Shown: positions 22,946 through 34,551, counted from the stretch's first letter. The stretch is 64,000 bases of DNA from an uncultured virus (IMG/VR IMGVR_UViG_3300025530_000412) (IMGVR_UViG_3300025530_000412); one strand, 5' to 3'. The notes: generated from the sequence alone by a model not told the origin. A program made the numbers and translations.

Positions 22946-23529
22946 GTCAACAAAAATTCATGTGCATCAGTTGGTGTTGAAATAGGTAAAATGTCCCATT
23001 ACTATAGACATAAAAATGAATATAATTGTTATAAGAAAGGAGTGGTTCTTATGAATAAAACAAAAACCATCAGACAGTGTTGATTCCCAACATATCTGAT
23101 GGCAAATAAAATACCCCACAATAGATTTTATTATGAGTATTGTTAGTTGTCTTGTGTAGATTTTGTGAACGAAAGAGGTGCAGATTTAATGCCTTATGCT
23201 TCATTGCTTGTATACTCCTACGGTAGTTTGACTTATTGTTACGGTGATGCTTTTTTGGTAAATAAAAAATATGAACAAATCAGTAAAAATATTAAGGATG
23301 ATTTGAACGAACGCGCAAACATTTGGTTGTTTGCAAATAAAGAAGATATGCTTTTATACATAAAAGAGAAAAGAGCATATCATCAAAATGATCAATCCGT
23401 GGAATTCATTCCAATGGTGATTTCCCAAGTTGTATAAATTTCGAGAGGGTGATTCACACCCTCTTTTTAAAATAAAATATTAATATTGACATTAGTAAAT
23501 TTTAACGTTAAACTAATTACAAAAGATAA

Positions 23530-24252
23530 ATGGAGGCAAACATGAAGCAGCAACAAGAAATTAAATTATTAATTGTAATTTGGATAGTAGTGGCTCTTAT
23601 ATTGCTGTCATTTTTATTTTTGGTGCCGAGAGAAAAGAAACAAACGGAAAAAATGGATTTTGAAACATTAAAACAAAAATATAATTTATTACAAAATGCA
23701 TATGTTATCCGAAATTTAGAACAAAGAAATAGTTTAGTTGATATTGTTGTTGAAAGTAGTCAAGAACACAGTCAGGAAGAAGTTGAATATAAACGTCCTT
23801 ATATAAAGGATGTGCCATTATCAGATGAACTTTTAGATTATACATATCAATTATCTATAGATTATGATATTCCTTATACATTAATTTTGGCAATTATTAA
23901 TGTTGAAAGTAATTTTGACAAGGATGTAGTGTCTAAAACAAATGACTATGGATTGGCGCAAATAAATCAAAGGTACATAAGCTGGATGGCTAATGAAGCT
24001 GGCATTGAAAATGTAGATCCACTTAATCCAGAACACAATGTATTGATGGCAGTTTGGTATTTGGATTATTTAAGAAATTATTGGAGTACATATAATGTAT
24101 CTGAAGAAGATAAGTTTTATTTGGTTGTATTAAGCTATAATAAAGGAATTGAGGGAGCAAAAGATTGGATTAAATCAAAAGGTTGGAGTAACAATTACGT
24201 TGCTAAGGTTTTAGAAACTAAAATATATTATGAAGAAAATATGGAGGTTTGA
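23530..24252 (+). CDS. Membrane-anchored SLT lytic transglycosylase
   Basis: N-terminal TM; AIINVESNF, YGLAQIN, SYNKG motifs. Confidence 0.88.
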   Translation: MEANMKQQQEIKLLIVIWIVVALILLSFLFLVPREKKQTEKMDFETLKQKYNLLQNAYVIRNLEQRNSLVDIVVESSQEHSQEEVEYKRPYIKDVPLSDELLDYTYQLSIDYDIPYTLILAIINVESNFDKDVVSKTNDYGLAQINQRYISWMANEAGIENVDPLNPEHNVLMAVWYLDYLRNYWSTYNVSEEDKFYLVVLSYNKGIEGAKDWIKSKGWSNNYVAKVLETKIYYEENMEV

Positions 24253-24256
24253 AATA

Positions 24257-24808
24257 ATGCTTATCGCATTTACTGGATGGGCAGGTAGCGGAAAAACTGA
24301 AGCGGCAAAATATTTAAAGAGTAAGTATGGTGGAGAAATTTTTTCATTTGCTTCAGAGATTAAAATTATTGGTAGACGATTGTTTGGTCTTAAAACGAAA
24401 GACAGAAAAATTTATCAGTTAATTGGAGAAAAGATGAGGGAGATTGATCCAAATGTATGGGTCAATGTTGTAAAAAACGATATTGAACTTGAATTGGAAT
24501 ATGGAGATGTTGATCATTTTTATATTGACGATCTAAGACGAATGAACGAGTATGAAATGTTAAAAGAAAAAGGATTTACTTTTGTACGTATTGTTGCTGA
24601 CGAGGATCTTAGAATTAAAAGACTGATTGAACGAGATGGACATTGTGATATTTCATTGTTATATAATGAAAGTGAAAGTGGATGTGCCCATTTGAAGATG
24701 TTGGAAATTGAGAATAATGGGACGTGGGACGATTTTTATAAGAAGTTAGATGAACTTGTTAGTACATATTCTGAAAATAAAAAAATAAAAATTGACAACA
24801 AGAAATAA
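24257..24808 (+). CDS. Deoxynucleoside monophosphate kinase
   Basis: P-loop GWAGSGKT, SFASEIK, IDDLRRMNE, ESE. Confidence 0.8.
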   Translation: MLIAFTGWAGSGKTEAAKYLKSKYGGEIFSFASEIKIIGRRLFGLKTKDRKIYQLIGEKMREIDPNVWVNVVKNDIELELEYGDVDHFYIDDLRRMNEYEMLKEKGFTFVRIVADEDLRIKRLIERDGHCDISLLYNESESGCAHLKMLEIENNGTWDDFYKKLDELVSTYSENKKIKIDNKK

Positions 24809-25084
24809 TGCTGTTAATCTAAATATTGTATACGAAATAATTTATGTTTAACGGGAAAGGTGCTAATGGCAATTTTGGGGGCACCAGAGCAAGGGATATG
24901 TGGTGAAGACCTTGTAATAGTAATTGAAAGGGGTGAAGATATCTGATTGATGATAAATTAGAAATATGAAAAGATGTAGCTGGATTAGAAAGGTTTGTTG
25001 AAGTTTCTAACTATTGACGTATTCGTATAAAGCCTAGATATGTAAATGACAATGGTACGCTTGTATTTATGCGTGAAAGATTAT

Positions 25085-25229
25085 ATCCTGTCACCGTAAA
25101 ACACCAAGCTTTAACTATGGGGATATAAGCCAACTTAACCGTGGGACACACGGGGATAGATCGGTTAATAAGTGGCCGTTAGACCACTGTTCCCAAGAAT
25201 CCCCTGCCTTTAGGCATGGGGAGTGTCAA
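25085..25229 (+). mobile_element. Non-autonomous IS200/IS605 miniature element (left end + omegaRNA/right end)
   Basis: Follows ATTAT; same ends as 8013-8159 and 18491-19782. Confidence 0.9.
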
Positions 25230-25300
25230 AAAAGAAGTGAACTAAAAGCTGTAAGAAAAAATAAAAGTTAAATATTAAATACAATTTTTTTCAAAAACTT

Positions 25301-25375
25301 GGAGCCGTAGTTCAGAGGAAGAACGCTCTGCTCATAACAGAGAAGTCGGGATATCGTAATTCCCCGGCTCCACCA
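25301..25375 (+). tRNA. tRNA with CAT anticodon (Met or Ile2), CCA encoded
   Basis: Acceptor GGAGCCG/CGGCTCC-A-CCA; anticodon arm CTCTG-CTCATAA-CAGAG; atypical T-loop ATCGTAA. Confidence 0.85.
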
Positions 25376-25376
25376 T

Positions 25377-25459
25377 GCGGCTGTGGCGGAATGGCAGACG
25401 CAACGGACTTAAAATCCGTTGTCCGTAAGGACGTGGGGGTTCGAGTCCCTTCAGCCGCA
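25377..25459 (+). tRNA. tRNA-Leu(TAA)
   Basis: Acceptor GCGGCTG/CAGCCGC-A; ACGGA-CTTAAAA-TCCGT; long variable arm; GGTTCGAGTCC. Confidence 0.93.
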
Positions 25460-25490
25460 TTTAAATATTAACAGGGGAGCAGTTATATAT

Positions 25491-26057
25491 ATGGCACAAC
25501 TATATTTTCGATATTCCACAATGAACGCTGGAAAATCACTTGAAATATTAAAAAATGCAAATAATTATCGTGAACAAGGTAAAAATGTCATGATCTTTAC
25601 TCCAGCAATTGATAATCGTTATGGTGTAGGAAAAGTAACTTCAAGAATTGGAATCAGTGAAGATGCATACATAGTTGGCGAAGATACGAATATATATGAA
25701 GTTGTTTTAAAAAATAAAAATGTAAATTGTGTACTTGTTGATGAAGCACAATTTTTAACCAAGGAACATGTTATTGATTTAACATTGATAGTGGACAAAC
25801 TAAACATTCCAGTTATTTGTTATGGATTGAAAAATGATTTTCGGAATGAGTTGTTTGAGGGCAGTAAATGGCTTCTTGTATATGCTGACAAGATCGAAGA
25901 AGTAAAAACAGTGTGTTGGTATTGTGATCGAAAAGCAACTATGATTTTGAAATTTAAGGACGACAAACCAGTGTATGAAGGAGAACAAATTGAAATTGGT
26001 GGAAATGATACATATAAAAGTGTATGCAGGAAGCACTATTATAGTGGAGGTAAGTGA
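25491..26057 (+). CDS. tdk: Thymidine kinase
   Basis: [31 protein letters not shown]; start corrected to 25491. Confidence 0.95.
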   Translation: MAQLYFRYSTMNAGKSLEILKNANNYREQGKNVMIFTPAIDNRYGVGKVTSRIGISEDAYIVGEDTNIYEVVLKNKNVNCVLVDEAQFLTKEHVIDLTLIVDKLNIPVICYGLKNDFRNELFEGSKWLLVYADKIEEVKTVCWYCDRKATMILKFKDDKPVYEGEQIEIGGNDTYKSVCRKHYYSGGK

Positions 26058-26941
26058 TGAATCCGTTTAAAAAGCTTCTCAAATCAGCTAAATGTAAAGA
26101 AGAAGAAGTTGGTTTTGCGAAGATGATTTCAATGATGTTATGTTTAAGGAAACATGACAAAGTAAAAAAGTAGAGAGAAAAATGCAGGAATATTATGAGA
26201 ATGTCGATAGAGAAAAACTAATTGAAGATTTGCGGGAAGCCGGATTTAATGTAATAAAAAAAGAAGATAAAAAATAAATATTATTAGGAGGGATATTTAT
26301 TGGATCAATTGGTACGTGATTGTATTGTATTAGGATTGGTAGGTGAATATATCCCATTAGATGAATTAATTGAAGAATATGAAGGAAAGAATGTTAAAGT
26401 GATTGCGAGTGAATTAATCAAAACAGATGAACAATTAAAATCTTTATTAAAAGAACTTGCTAATGATTGTTACAATCGAATCAAAGAAACATTTCCCAAG
26501 GAATAATATTAATCTTGTCATTCCAACTTCACCTGACAAGGAGTGTCGAACAATGAAATTGTATCAACTTGGAAAAGGTGTATGCAAGTATTACAGAGAA
26601 AGAGTCAAAGGGAATGATGGATTGTCACAACAAATGATTCAAAGGAAATTGACCAGAAATATTGCTTTAGCGATTAAGGTTCCAGTTAGAGATGATCAAT
26701 GCATTTATCTTTATGGCAATCTACATATTCATACAAAAGGAAATGTAATTACTAAAATTAGAAATTATCATCATCCTAATGATTGGTTTTATTTAGATCG
26801 ACAAAAGAAATGTGTATTGAATAAAATTTTGGGAATTGATAATCAAAAAAGTCAATGGAATGAAGTTGGTAATTTAGATTACATTGACGAATACGCAAAA
26901 GGATTCGTTCATTAAAAATAAAATATAATGGAGATGATGAA

Positions 26942-27214
26942 ATGGAAACAACCAAAGGAATGAGAATTAATCAAAAAATTAGGCAACGTGTATTAGATAT
27001 TGCAAATTATATTCTCCAATCAAAATCGACAGTACGTGAAGCAGCAAAAGAATTTAGAGTGTCAAAGAGTACAGTACATAAGGATATGACGGAAAGATTG
27101 CCTATTATCAATCCAGAATTGTTTGAAGAGGTAAGAAAACATCTTGATTATCACTTGGTTGTTAGACATTTGCGTGGTGGAGAAGCAACTAAAATGCTGT
27201 ATAAAGCAAGTTAA
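26942..27214 (+). CDS. spoIIID: Sporulation transcription regulator SpoIIID
   Basis: TVREAAKEFRVSKSTVHKDMTERLP.INP.L...V...L.YH..VRHLRGGEATK. Confidence 0.92.
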   Translation: METTKGMRINQKIRQRVLDIANYILQSKSTVREAAKEFRVSKSTVHKDMTERLPIINPELFEEVRKHLDYHLVVRHLRGGEATKMLYKAS

Positions 27215-27239
27215 AATTCTCAAAAAGGAGAAGGTATTT

Positions 27240-27800
27240 GTGACACTCCTTAATGAAATGAAACATAAATTTCCAAAGAATTTAACTAATAATGATGTGT
27301 TCTTTGTTTGTATCGGTACAGACAGAAGTACAGGTGACAGTTTGGGACCATTTGTGGGCACATTTCTTAAAGAGCGCGGATACAAAAATGTTGTAGGAAC
27401 AATAGATGATCCTGTACATGCAATGAATTTAAAAATGGTAAGTTCCTTGTTGCCGAAGGATAAAGTAATTATTGCTATTGATGCTTGTTTAAGTTGTACA
27501 ACTAATATTGGTCAGATTCAATTTGGAAAAGGAGGACTAAAACCCGGCGCTGCGTTAAATAAGAATTTGCCTGAAGTAGGAGATTATTATATAAAAGGTG
27601 TTGTAAATATGAGTGGTTTTATGGAATATGAAGTAATAAGATGCACAAGATTAAGTTTGGTTATTAAAATGGCAAAAGATATTACAAATGCTATTTGTAA
27701 AAAATTTCCTTTGGATAATGATAAGAATAAACGTAATGTTATAAAAAGAACTCATAAAAAAAGAAACAATAAAAATAAACTATCAAATTATTTATGTTAA
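27240..27800 (+). CDS. yyaC: Spore protease YyaC family
   Basis: CIGTDRSTGDSLGP, PVHAMNL, IAIDACL, LKPGAALNKNLPEVGD. Confidence 0.9.
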   Translation: MTLLNEMKHKFPKNLTNNDVFFVCIGTDRSTGDSLGPFVGTFLKERGYKNVVGTIDDPVHAMNLKMVSSLLPKDKVIIAIDACLSCTTNIGQIQFGKGGLKPGAALNKNLPEVGDYYIKGVVNMSGFMEYEVIRCTRLSLVIKMAKDITNAICKKFPLDNDKNKRNVIKRTHKKRNNKNKLSNYLC

Positions 27801-27833
27801 AATGTTTGTTTTAACAAAAGGAGGAGTGATTAT

Positions 27834-28403
27834 TTGTTAGGATTAAAAGAAATATACCTAGCTGGCTCAAGTGAAAAAGAGCGAGATCCACAAGATTTTT
27901 ATCGAACACCTACATACGCAACCGAGAAATTACTTGAATTAGAACAATTTGAAGGAACTATATGGGAACCGGCTTGTGGTGATGGAGCAATTAGTAAAGT
28001 ATTAATTGAAAACGGATATAGTAGATTCAATATTTATTCAACTGATTTATTCGATCATGGATATGGTCATTCTGGAATAGATTTTTTAAAAGTAAAAAAT
28101 AATAGTACATATGATAATGTAATTACAAATCCTCCCTATAAATATGCGCAAGAATTTATTGAAAAGGGATTAGAGGTTGCAAATAAAAAAGTTGTCATGT
28201 TACTTAAATTAAATTTTTTGGAAGGACAAAAACGATATGAATTCTTTAAAAGAACTCCACTGAAGAATATTTATGTATTTTCAAAAAGATTAAGTTTTGA
28301 TAAGGGAAAAGAGAAAAGTAAGGGTAACGGTTTATTGGCTTATGCGTGGTATGTATGGGAAAAAGAATACAGTGGAAAACCGATGATTGATTGGATATTG
28401 TAA
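27834..28403 (+). CDS. Small amino (N6-adenine type) DNA methyltransferase
   Basis: DFYRTP, WEPACGDG, ITNPPY. Confidence 0.85.
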   Translation: MLGLKEIYLAGSSEKERDPQDFYRTPTYATEKLLELEQFEGTIWEPACGDGAISKVLIENGYSRFNIYSTDLFDHGYGHSGIDFLKVKNNSTYDNVITNPPYKYAQEFIEKGLEVANKKVVMLLKLNFLEGQKRYEFFKRTPLKNIYVFSKRLSFDKGKEKSKGNGLLAYAWYVWEKEYSGKPMIDWIL

Positions 28404-28455
28404 AAAGGTGATATAAATAAAAAATCTATTTTATGAGGAAAAGGAGGATGATACT

Positions 28456-28581
28456 ATCGAGGTAAATAAAATCTATAACGAAGATTGCATTGAAGGTATG
28501 AAAACAAAAATATTAGATTCATCAATTGACATTGTATTGTCTGATATCCCTTATAGCCTGAGCAGTATATTAACACTATAA
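28456..28581 (+). pseudogene. N-terminal remnant of a beta-class DNA methyltransferase
   Basis: IEVNKIYNEDCIEGMK.KILDSSIDIVLSDIPY then stop. Confidence 0.7.
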
Positions 28582-28722
28582 ATAGAAGATTAAAATTAAG
28601 TTAAAATGAATTGATTTTTGATAATAGCAAATGCTAGTTAGTTAAAATAAAAAATTAAGGAGGTATTAAATATATATAAACATAGTATTCAAAGAGTAAC
28701 TAAAACAAAAGATAGAATAATA

Positions 28723-29325
28723 ATGAGAGAATTTATCAATACATATCACTCTTATATTAAATACTCAGACAGACCATCAAGAAAATTATATTGGTTATTG
28801 TATGAAAATGATAAAATTGTTGGTGTTTTTGGATTAGGTTCAGCATTTTCAAGACCTAAGCCAATAAAAGATTTTATGATTCAACATAATATTAAATTTA
28901 ACGAAATGGCTAATAACATTGTATTTTGTATGGCAAATAATAATGATAGAAATGCAGGAACTAAATTATTATCGTTAGTTAGAAGAGATGCAATCTTATG
29001 GTGGTATGAGAGATATCAAGATAGATTAAAATGTTTTCAAACGTTCGTACTTCCACCAAGAAAAGGAACGATATATAAAGCAGATAACTGGATTCAATTG
29101 GGAAGTACAACAGGTGGTATGACACAATCAGTTAAAACAATTCCTAAGAAAAAATATGAGGAAAATAAGGAGTATTATGATAAATTAAATATTGAAATAA
29201 GACAATTTAACAATGGTCAAATCAGGTATTTAATTAGAGAATTTCAAAAAACAGAACCAAAACTCATATTTGTAAAAATAAATAATAAAAAATACATAGA
29301 TAGAGTATTAAAGGGAATTAATTAA
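28723..29325 (+). CDS. Mom-like / DUF4338-like GNAT-fold DNA modification protein
   Basis: FINTYHSY, GVFGLG, GTIYKADNWIQLGST; frame open upstream to ATA 28672 after GGAGG. Confidence 0.6.
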   Translation: MREFINTYHSYIKYSDRPSRKLYWLLYENDKIVGVFGLGSAFSRPKPIKDFMIQHNIKFNEMANNIVFCMANNNDRNAGTKLLSLVRRDAILWWYERYQDRLKCFQTFVLPPRKGTIYKADNWIQLGSTTGGMTQSVKTIPKKKYEENKEYYDKLNIEIRQFNNGQIRYLIREFQKTEPKLIFVKINNKKYIDRVLKGIN

Positions 29326-29590
29326 GAATAAAAAATACATACAGGGAGTTAAAAAGTAGTTAAAATGTAAATTTTATATGGAGTGATTTTATGAATGTGA
29401 AATATATTATTATGGAATGTCCAAATTGTGGAGAAGAAATGAGAAATGAAATATCATGCATTGGAACACCAACAAATGAATTTGACGTGTTTGAATTAGA
29501 ACAATCTACTTTTTATTGTGAGGAATGCGAGAAGACATATTATATCGGTGATATTGATTATTTTGAAGATGAATGAAAGGAGTATGTAAA

Positions 29591-29932
29591 ATGAATATTG
29601 AACAAATTGCTGAATTGTGTCATGAAGTTAACCGAGCATATTGCGAAAGTGTTGGTGATTTTTCACAATTACCTTGGAAGGATGCTCCTGACTGGCAAAA
29701 ACAGAGTGCAATCAATGGAGTACGGTTTCATTTAGAGAATGATGTTACACCAGAAGATAGTCATAATAACTGGATGAAAGATAAAATTGCAGAAGGGTGG
29801 GTTTATGGAGAAATAAAAGATCCTGTAAAAAAGACACATCCTTGTTTAATTCCTTATAGACAATTACCACGAGATCAAAGGGTTAAAGATTATTTATTTA
29901 AGGTTATTTGTGATTATTTCAAAAATAAATAA
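29591..29932 (+). CDS. RyR-domain phage protein
   Basis: SHNNWMKDKIAEGWVYGEIKDPVKKTHPCLIPYRQLP..QRVKD. Confidence 0.8.
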   Translation: MNIEQIAELCHEVNRAYCESVGDFSQLPWKDAPDWQKQSAINGVRFHLENDVTPEDSHNNWMKDKIAEGWVYGEIKDPVKKTHPCLIPYRQLPRDQRVKDYLFKVICDYFKNK

Positions 29933-30358
29933 TATAAGGATGTGATATTTATTAAAGTGTTTGAATTATTTACAGATTTAATAAACATAATTTTAATTTA
30001 TATTATTATTGCAATTTTATGGATGGCTGCGGAGAAAATTATTTATGGAGTAATTACACCGGAAATTATTGATGATATCGTGGCGTTTATATTAGCTATA
30101 TCAATTTATTTAAATATAAATAATATAAAATAGAATGTTTAACTGAAAGGGAATGCTGAAAATGGTAAATCATTTTTTACTTGATAATGAGAAGTTAATT
30201 GATCGGTTAGTTTCAGTTGTTGAAGAGTCAATATCGATCAATACAAATGAAAATAATGAATACGTAGATCATGAGTTTACATATTCAAAACATCGAGAAT
30301 TTCATGAAATTAAAAATGAATTATTAAATAGAATGAAACTAATGAGAGGATGTATAAA

Positions 30359-30870
30359 ATGCCAACTTTATATCAACTAACTGAAAATTATATTAAATTT
30401 AATGAATATGCTAATTCACTTATTGAATCTGACGATATTACTGAAGAAGATTTGCAAATGTTGGTGGACACATTAGATTCAATTAATGACTCTATTGAAT
30501 ATAAAGTAGAAAATATCGTTAAGTTTATGAAAAATCTTGAAGGAGATATTGCTGCTTATAAAGCCGAAGAAGAACGTTTGAAAAACGAAGACAAGTACAA
30601 CAAAATACATATGATCGATTGAAAAATTATGCTCAAACAATGCTTGAAACTTCTGGTATTCAAAAAGTTGATGCAGGATTATTTAAAGTGCGTATTCAAA
30701 AGAATCCACCTAGCGTTGAGATTATTGATGAAAAGAAAATTCCTGATGAATATAAGATTCCACAAGATCCCAAAATTGATTCAAAGAAGTTACTCAATGA
30801 TTTAAAATCAGGAAAAGAGATTGAAGGCGCAAAGATTGCAGATGAGAAGTATCATTTGAGGATTTCGTAA
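30359..30870 (+). pseudogene. Siphovirus Gp157-family protein, frameshifted
   Basis: Two halves colinear with paralog 32562-33074; A5 at 30581-30585 needs A6 to stay in frame. Confidence 0.8.
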
Positions 30871-30920
30871 AAAAAAGAAAAGTAAATAAAAGATGGATTT
30901 TAAAGGGGTCTGATTAACAA

Positions 30921-31088
30921 ATGAAGATTGAAAAAAGAAAAGTGTATGATATTGAAATGGATGAAAAAGAGTTAAATCTTATTTGTATGATTTTGAAGGA
31001 TTGAACACATAAAAACCAACAAGAAGCAGAATTGTGTAATGATATTGGAGTTCTTCTAAGACAAATTGAATATGTAAAAAACAAATAA
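30921..31088 (+). pseudogene. Small ORF with in-frame TGA, lying between two palindromes
   Basis: ATG 30921, TGA 31002-31004, frame ends at the TAA of the palindrome at 31086. Confidence 0.5.
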
Positions 31089-32561
31089 AATTAGGGTTTT
31101 AATGGAAATAAAATAAATTAAAGGAGTATATTATACATATGAAAACACTTGAAGAAATCCTTAATCAAGAACCAGTTTATCTAAATGATTGGTCAAGTAA
31201 ATATGATGTAATTGCAGATTTTGAAGGAATTTATATTTCAAAAGAGGAATATGAATCTAATGTTTGTCCTTATCCCAATGAAGATTATTGGATTGAAATG
31301 GAAGAACGAATGAAACAAATATTAGAAAAATATAAGGATGTAAATATTTTATTTGCATCATATAGTTATGCAAATTATTCAGGTCATGCTTGGGTATTAT
31401 TTGAAAAAGAAGGTAAATTGTACGAAGTTAATGGCTCTCACTGTTCTTGTTATGGTTTAGAAGAACAGTGGCAACCAGAAGAAGTTTTGCTAGAAGAATT
31501 GGAGCATAGGCTATTAAATGGAACATTTGGTGAAGATGATTATGCTGAGAATAATTTTAAAGAAGAGTTGTGCAAATTTTTAGGTGTAAAGTTTGTGAGA
31601 AATAGTAGTTATTATTGATCCGATAATATCAATGTTTTAACTGAAAATATCAAATTAACGATTATTGGATAAAACATTAGTGTGCACTATTAACATATTG
31701 TCGTAATGAAAGGAAGAGTGTAATGCTTGAAGAAAGATTAGACGAAATCAAAAATAGTTACCTAAACGGAGAATTGAGTGGTGAAATGATTGAAGAGTTG
31801 ATAGCGGAAGTTCAATATTTACGGGATGGATTTAAATGGATTAAGAGTATGGAAAATTTATTTTATAACCAAGTGACTTTCTTGGAAGGTGGAGGAGAGA
31901 TTAGACGAATCGACCCTAGTTTGGATAAATGGGCAAATTTGTTTCGTTCACTATTTGGGACTGTAAGTGAAGCGTTAGATCCAAAATATAAATAAACCAT
32001 TAAAAAGAAGAAGACGATGAATAATGGGCAAATGAATTAATTGAAGAATGTGAAATGCTATACGATGAGGAATTTGAGGTGCATCCAAAATGGTTAAGAG
32101 TGAATAAAAAAGATCGAGAAGACGAAACAAAAATAGAATTATTAATGGATATAATTGGATATAACTTTCATTTTAAAGGGGAGATAAAAATGTCAAAATG
32201 GACAAATCAAGAAATTGCAGAAAAAGCTAAAATTGAAGGTTTGGAATATTTGATAAAACATTATTTATCTTATAAAAGTATTGAGGATGAACAGTTAGCA
32301 TTTAAATGGAAGAAGTGTCAAGAATTATTAGATGAAATTGAAGAGTATTTAAGTCCTTATTTTAGTGATGAATATTATAGTTAAATTGGAGCGTTAACAA
32401 ATGGGGGCGAAATATAAATTCATGAAATACAAATTTATTCTCATATGTAGAATCTTTGGTTGGTAAATAATACATATTCAAGGATGGGGAACTATCCCCA
32501 TACTTGAAAAATTGGTGTGTAGTATTAAAACATGAATACAATGATTCTGGAGGATGAAGAT

Positions 32562-33074
32562 ATGCCAACACTATATGAACTAACCCATAATTATATCAAC
32601 TTTCTTTATTCTTATGAAAAAATGTTAGAGTCAGAAAATGTCACTGAAGACGATCTTCAATTATTAGTTGATACTTTAGAAGCAATTAATGATTCAATTG
32701 AAGTTAAAACAGAAAATATTGTAAAATTTTTAAAGAATCTTGAAGGCGACATTGAAATCTTTAAAATTGAAGAAAAACGATTACAAAAGAAAAGGAAAGC
32801 AAAAGAAAATACATATAATCGATTGAAAAAATATCTTCAAGATATGCTTGAATTGGCAGATATTAAAAGTGTTGATACAGGATTGTTTAAAGTTCGCATT
32901 CAAAAAAGTGTACCTAGTGTTGAAGTTATTGACAAAAATCTAATCCCAGAAACTTATAAAATTGCTCAAGAGCCAAAAATTGACTTAAGAGGCTTATTGG
33001 AGGATTTAAAATTAGGTAAACAGATTGAGGGAGCAAGGCTTGTAGATCAAAATTATCATTTGAGAATTTTATAA
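32562..33074 (+). CDS. Siphovirus Gp157-family protein
   Basis: MPTLYELT..DTLEAI..K.ENIVK..EEKRL..FKVRIQK..PSVEV..PKID..GARL...LRI. Confidence 0.85.
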   Translation: MPTLYELTHNYINFLYSYEKMLESENVTEDDLQLLVDTLEAINDSIEVKTENIVKFLKNLEGDIEIFKIEEKRLQKKRKAKENTYNRLKKYLQDMLELADIKSVDTGLFKVRIQKSVPSVEVIDKNLIPETYKIAQEPKIDLRGLLEDLKLGKQIEGARLVDQNYHLRIL

Positions 33075-34045
33075 TCATATAAAATGTTGCATTTATTGGA
33101 GGTTAAATATAAATTGATTAAACAATGTCAAAATGAATATGGTTTATATCAATTATCCACCGTTTTTCTAAAATTTTCCGATCATATGTTAGAGAAAAAT
33201 GGAGGTTATTATTCAGAAAAAGATGGATGTGAAATTGATTTATGTTTGGTGAACGAGATTCTTAACTTGTGGGACAATAAAGTACATACAATGGGATGTT
33301 GTTGTGGACATGGAAAAGATTCTGGATACATACAGGTGTTAAGAGATAGTGATAAACAAAAAATGTTGGAGTTAGGTTATGAATTTGTAGACGAAAAATA
33401 CCAAACTGCCAATAAAGATTGTTTTAAACCAAAATCAAAACATTCTAATAAAACGCCTATTTTAAAGGAAAGGATGATTTCGTATGTTCGAATATAGTAT
33501 AGATGTTAATGGAGTGATGTTACGGGGAAAGATTATAAAAGATGAAAATAGGACATATGTTTTTAAATGCTTAGATATTAAATATGCAGGGTACGCAAGT
33601 GAATTAAGGGCATTGGCAATAGAAATAGAACAAGTTGCAGCAGAATTGGATAAGTTAAATGGAAGATCAAAAAATATAAGGTAAAAATTAATTTAGATAA
33701 AACTAAACTTTTAACGGAAATTTAATAATAAAATAATGGAGGATAAGTATGCCTAGGATTGAAGAATGGTCAATTATTAGAGATGATAGTGATCCTTATT
33801 TAGCTCCAGAATTGAGAAAATTAAGGTTGCAAGGCAAAGTATATGATCGCACAGGATTTGAAGATGGAACTTTTGTAACTACATCAAGCATTAAACATTT
33901 AGATTTAAAAAGTAATTTAGCACAAACAAGAAATACAGAATACATATTAGGCAAACCTTCGGATGAGTATTTGAAGTGGTTGAAGAATAATGATAAGAAA
34001 TTAGAAGATTATTACAAATAAAAAATAAAAAGCATCCGAAGATGC

Positions 34046-34453
34046 TTAAAAGGTAATTATACTTCCGATTTCTGAATGTGCCCACACTCTATTTCCATCA
34101 TTAAATGAATAGCCTGATGGAACTTTACCTAAAAAATCAAGCAAATCATGTATTTCATTGTCATTTAAATAACCATTAAATGCTTTGTTTGATAACAAAT
34201 GATGTAAAAATTTCCAGAAAGCAACATATCGAAACTTTCCAGTTGCTTTAAATTGTATTGCAACACTAATGGCATTAGACATTAATAATGAAATATGGAC
34301 ATTATCACCCGTGTCCCTTAGTTTGGTTAGAATAGTTTTTAGTACAGAATCGGGAATCTTTATTGCTGTCCCTTTTGATTCATTAATCAAATACTTATAG
34401 GTTTCACCTTCTGGTATTTTGTTCAAGTCAATTTCTTTTATCATTTTACTCAT
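34046..34453 (-). CDS. Hypothetical protein, inverted relative to its array
   Basis: RBS AGGAG + ATG ~34453; hairpin 34031-34046 at convergence. Confidence 0.55.
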   Translation of the reverse strand: MSKMIKEIDLNKIPEGETYKYLINESKGTAIKIPDSVLKTILTKLRDTGDNVHISLLMSNAISVAIQFKATGKFRYVAFWKFLHHLLSNKAFNGYLNDNEIHDLLDFLGKVPSGYSFNDGNRVWAHSEIGSIITF

Positions 34454-34551
34454 CTCCTTAATTTGGAAGATGGGAATATTGTATATGGTAAGTATAAAAA
34501 ACACAATATGTTAAAACCAAAATTTTATAGAAAAAATGATATAATGGTGGG

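Noticed and set aside
24866..25084. Possible ncRNA upstream of the tRNAs
   Set aside because: Reads as fragmented coding sequence with stops; no convincing structure.
25419..25490. N-terminal extension of thymidine kinase in the ORF track
   Set aside because: Overlaps tRNA-Leu; the RBS supports ATG 25491.
1875..31088. TGA recoding suggested by in-frame TGAs at 1989 and 31002
   Set aside because: TGA terminates clearly intact genes (ssb-like, tdk, thyA) and no suppressor tRNA is present; nonsense decay is simpler.
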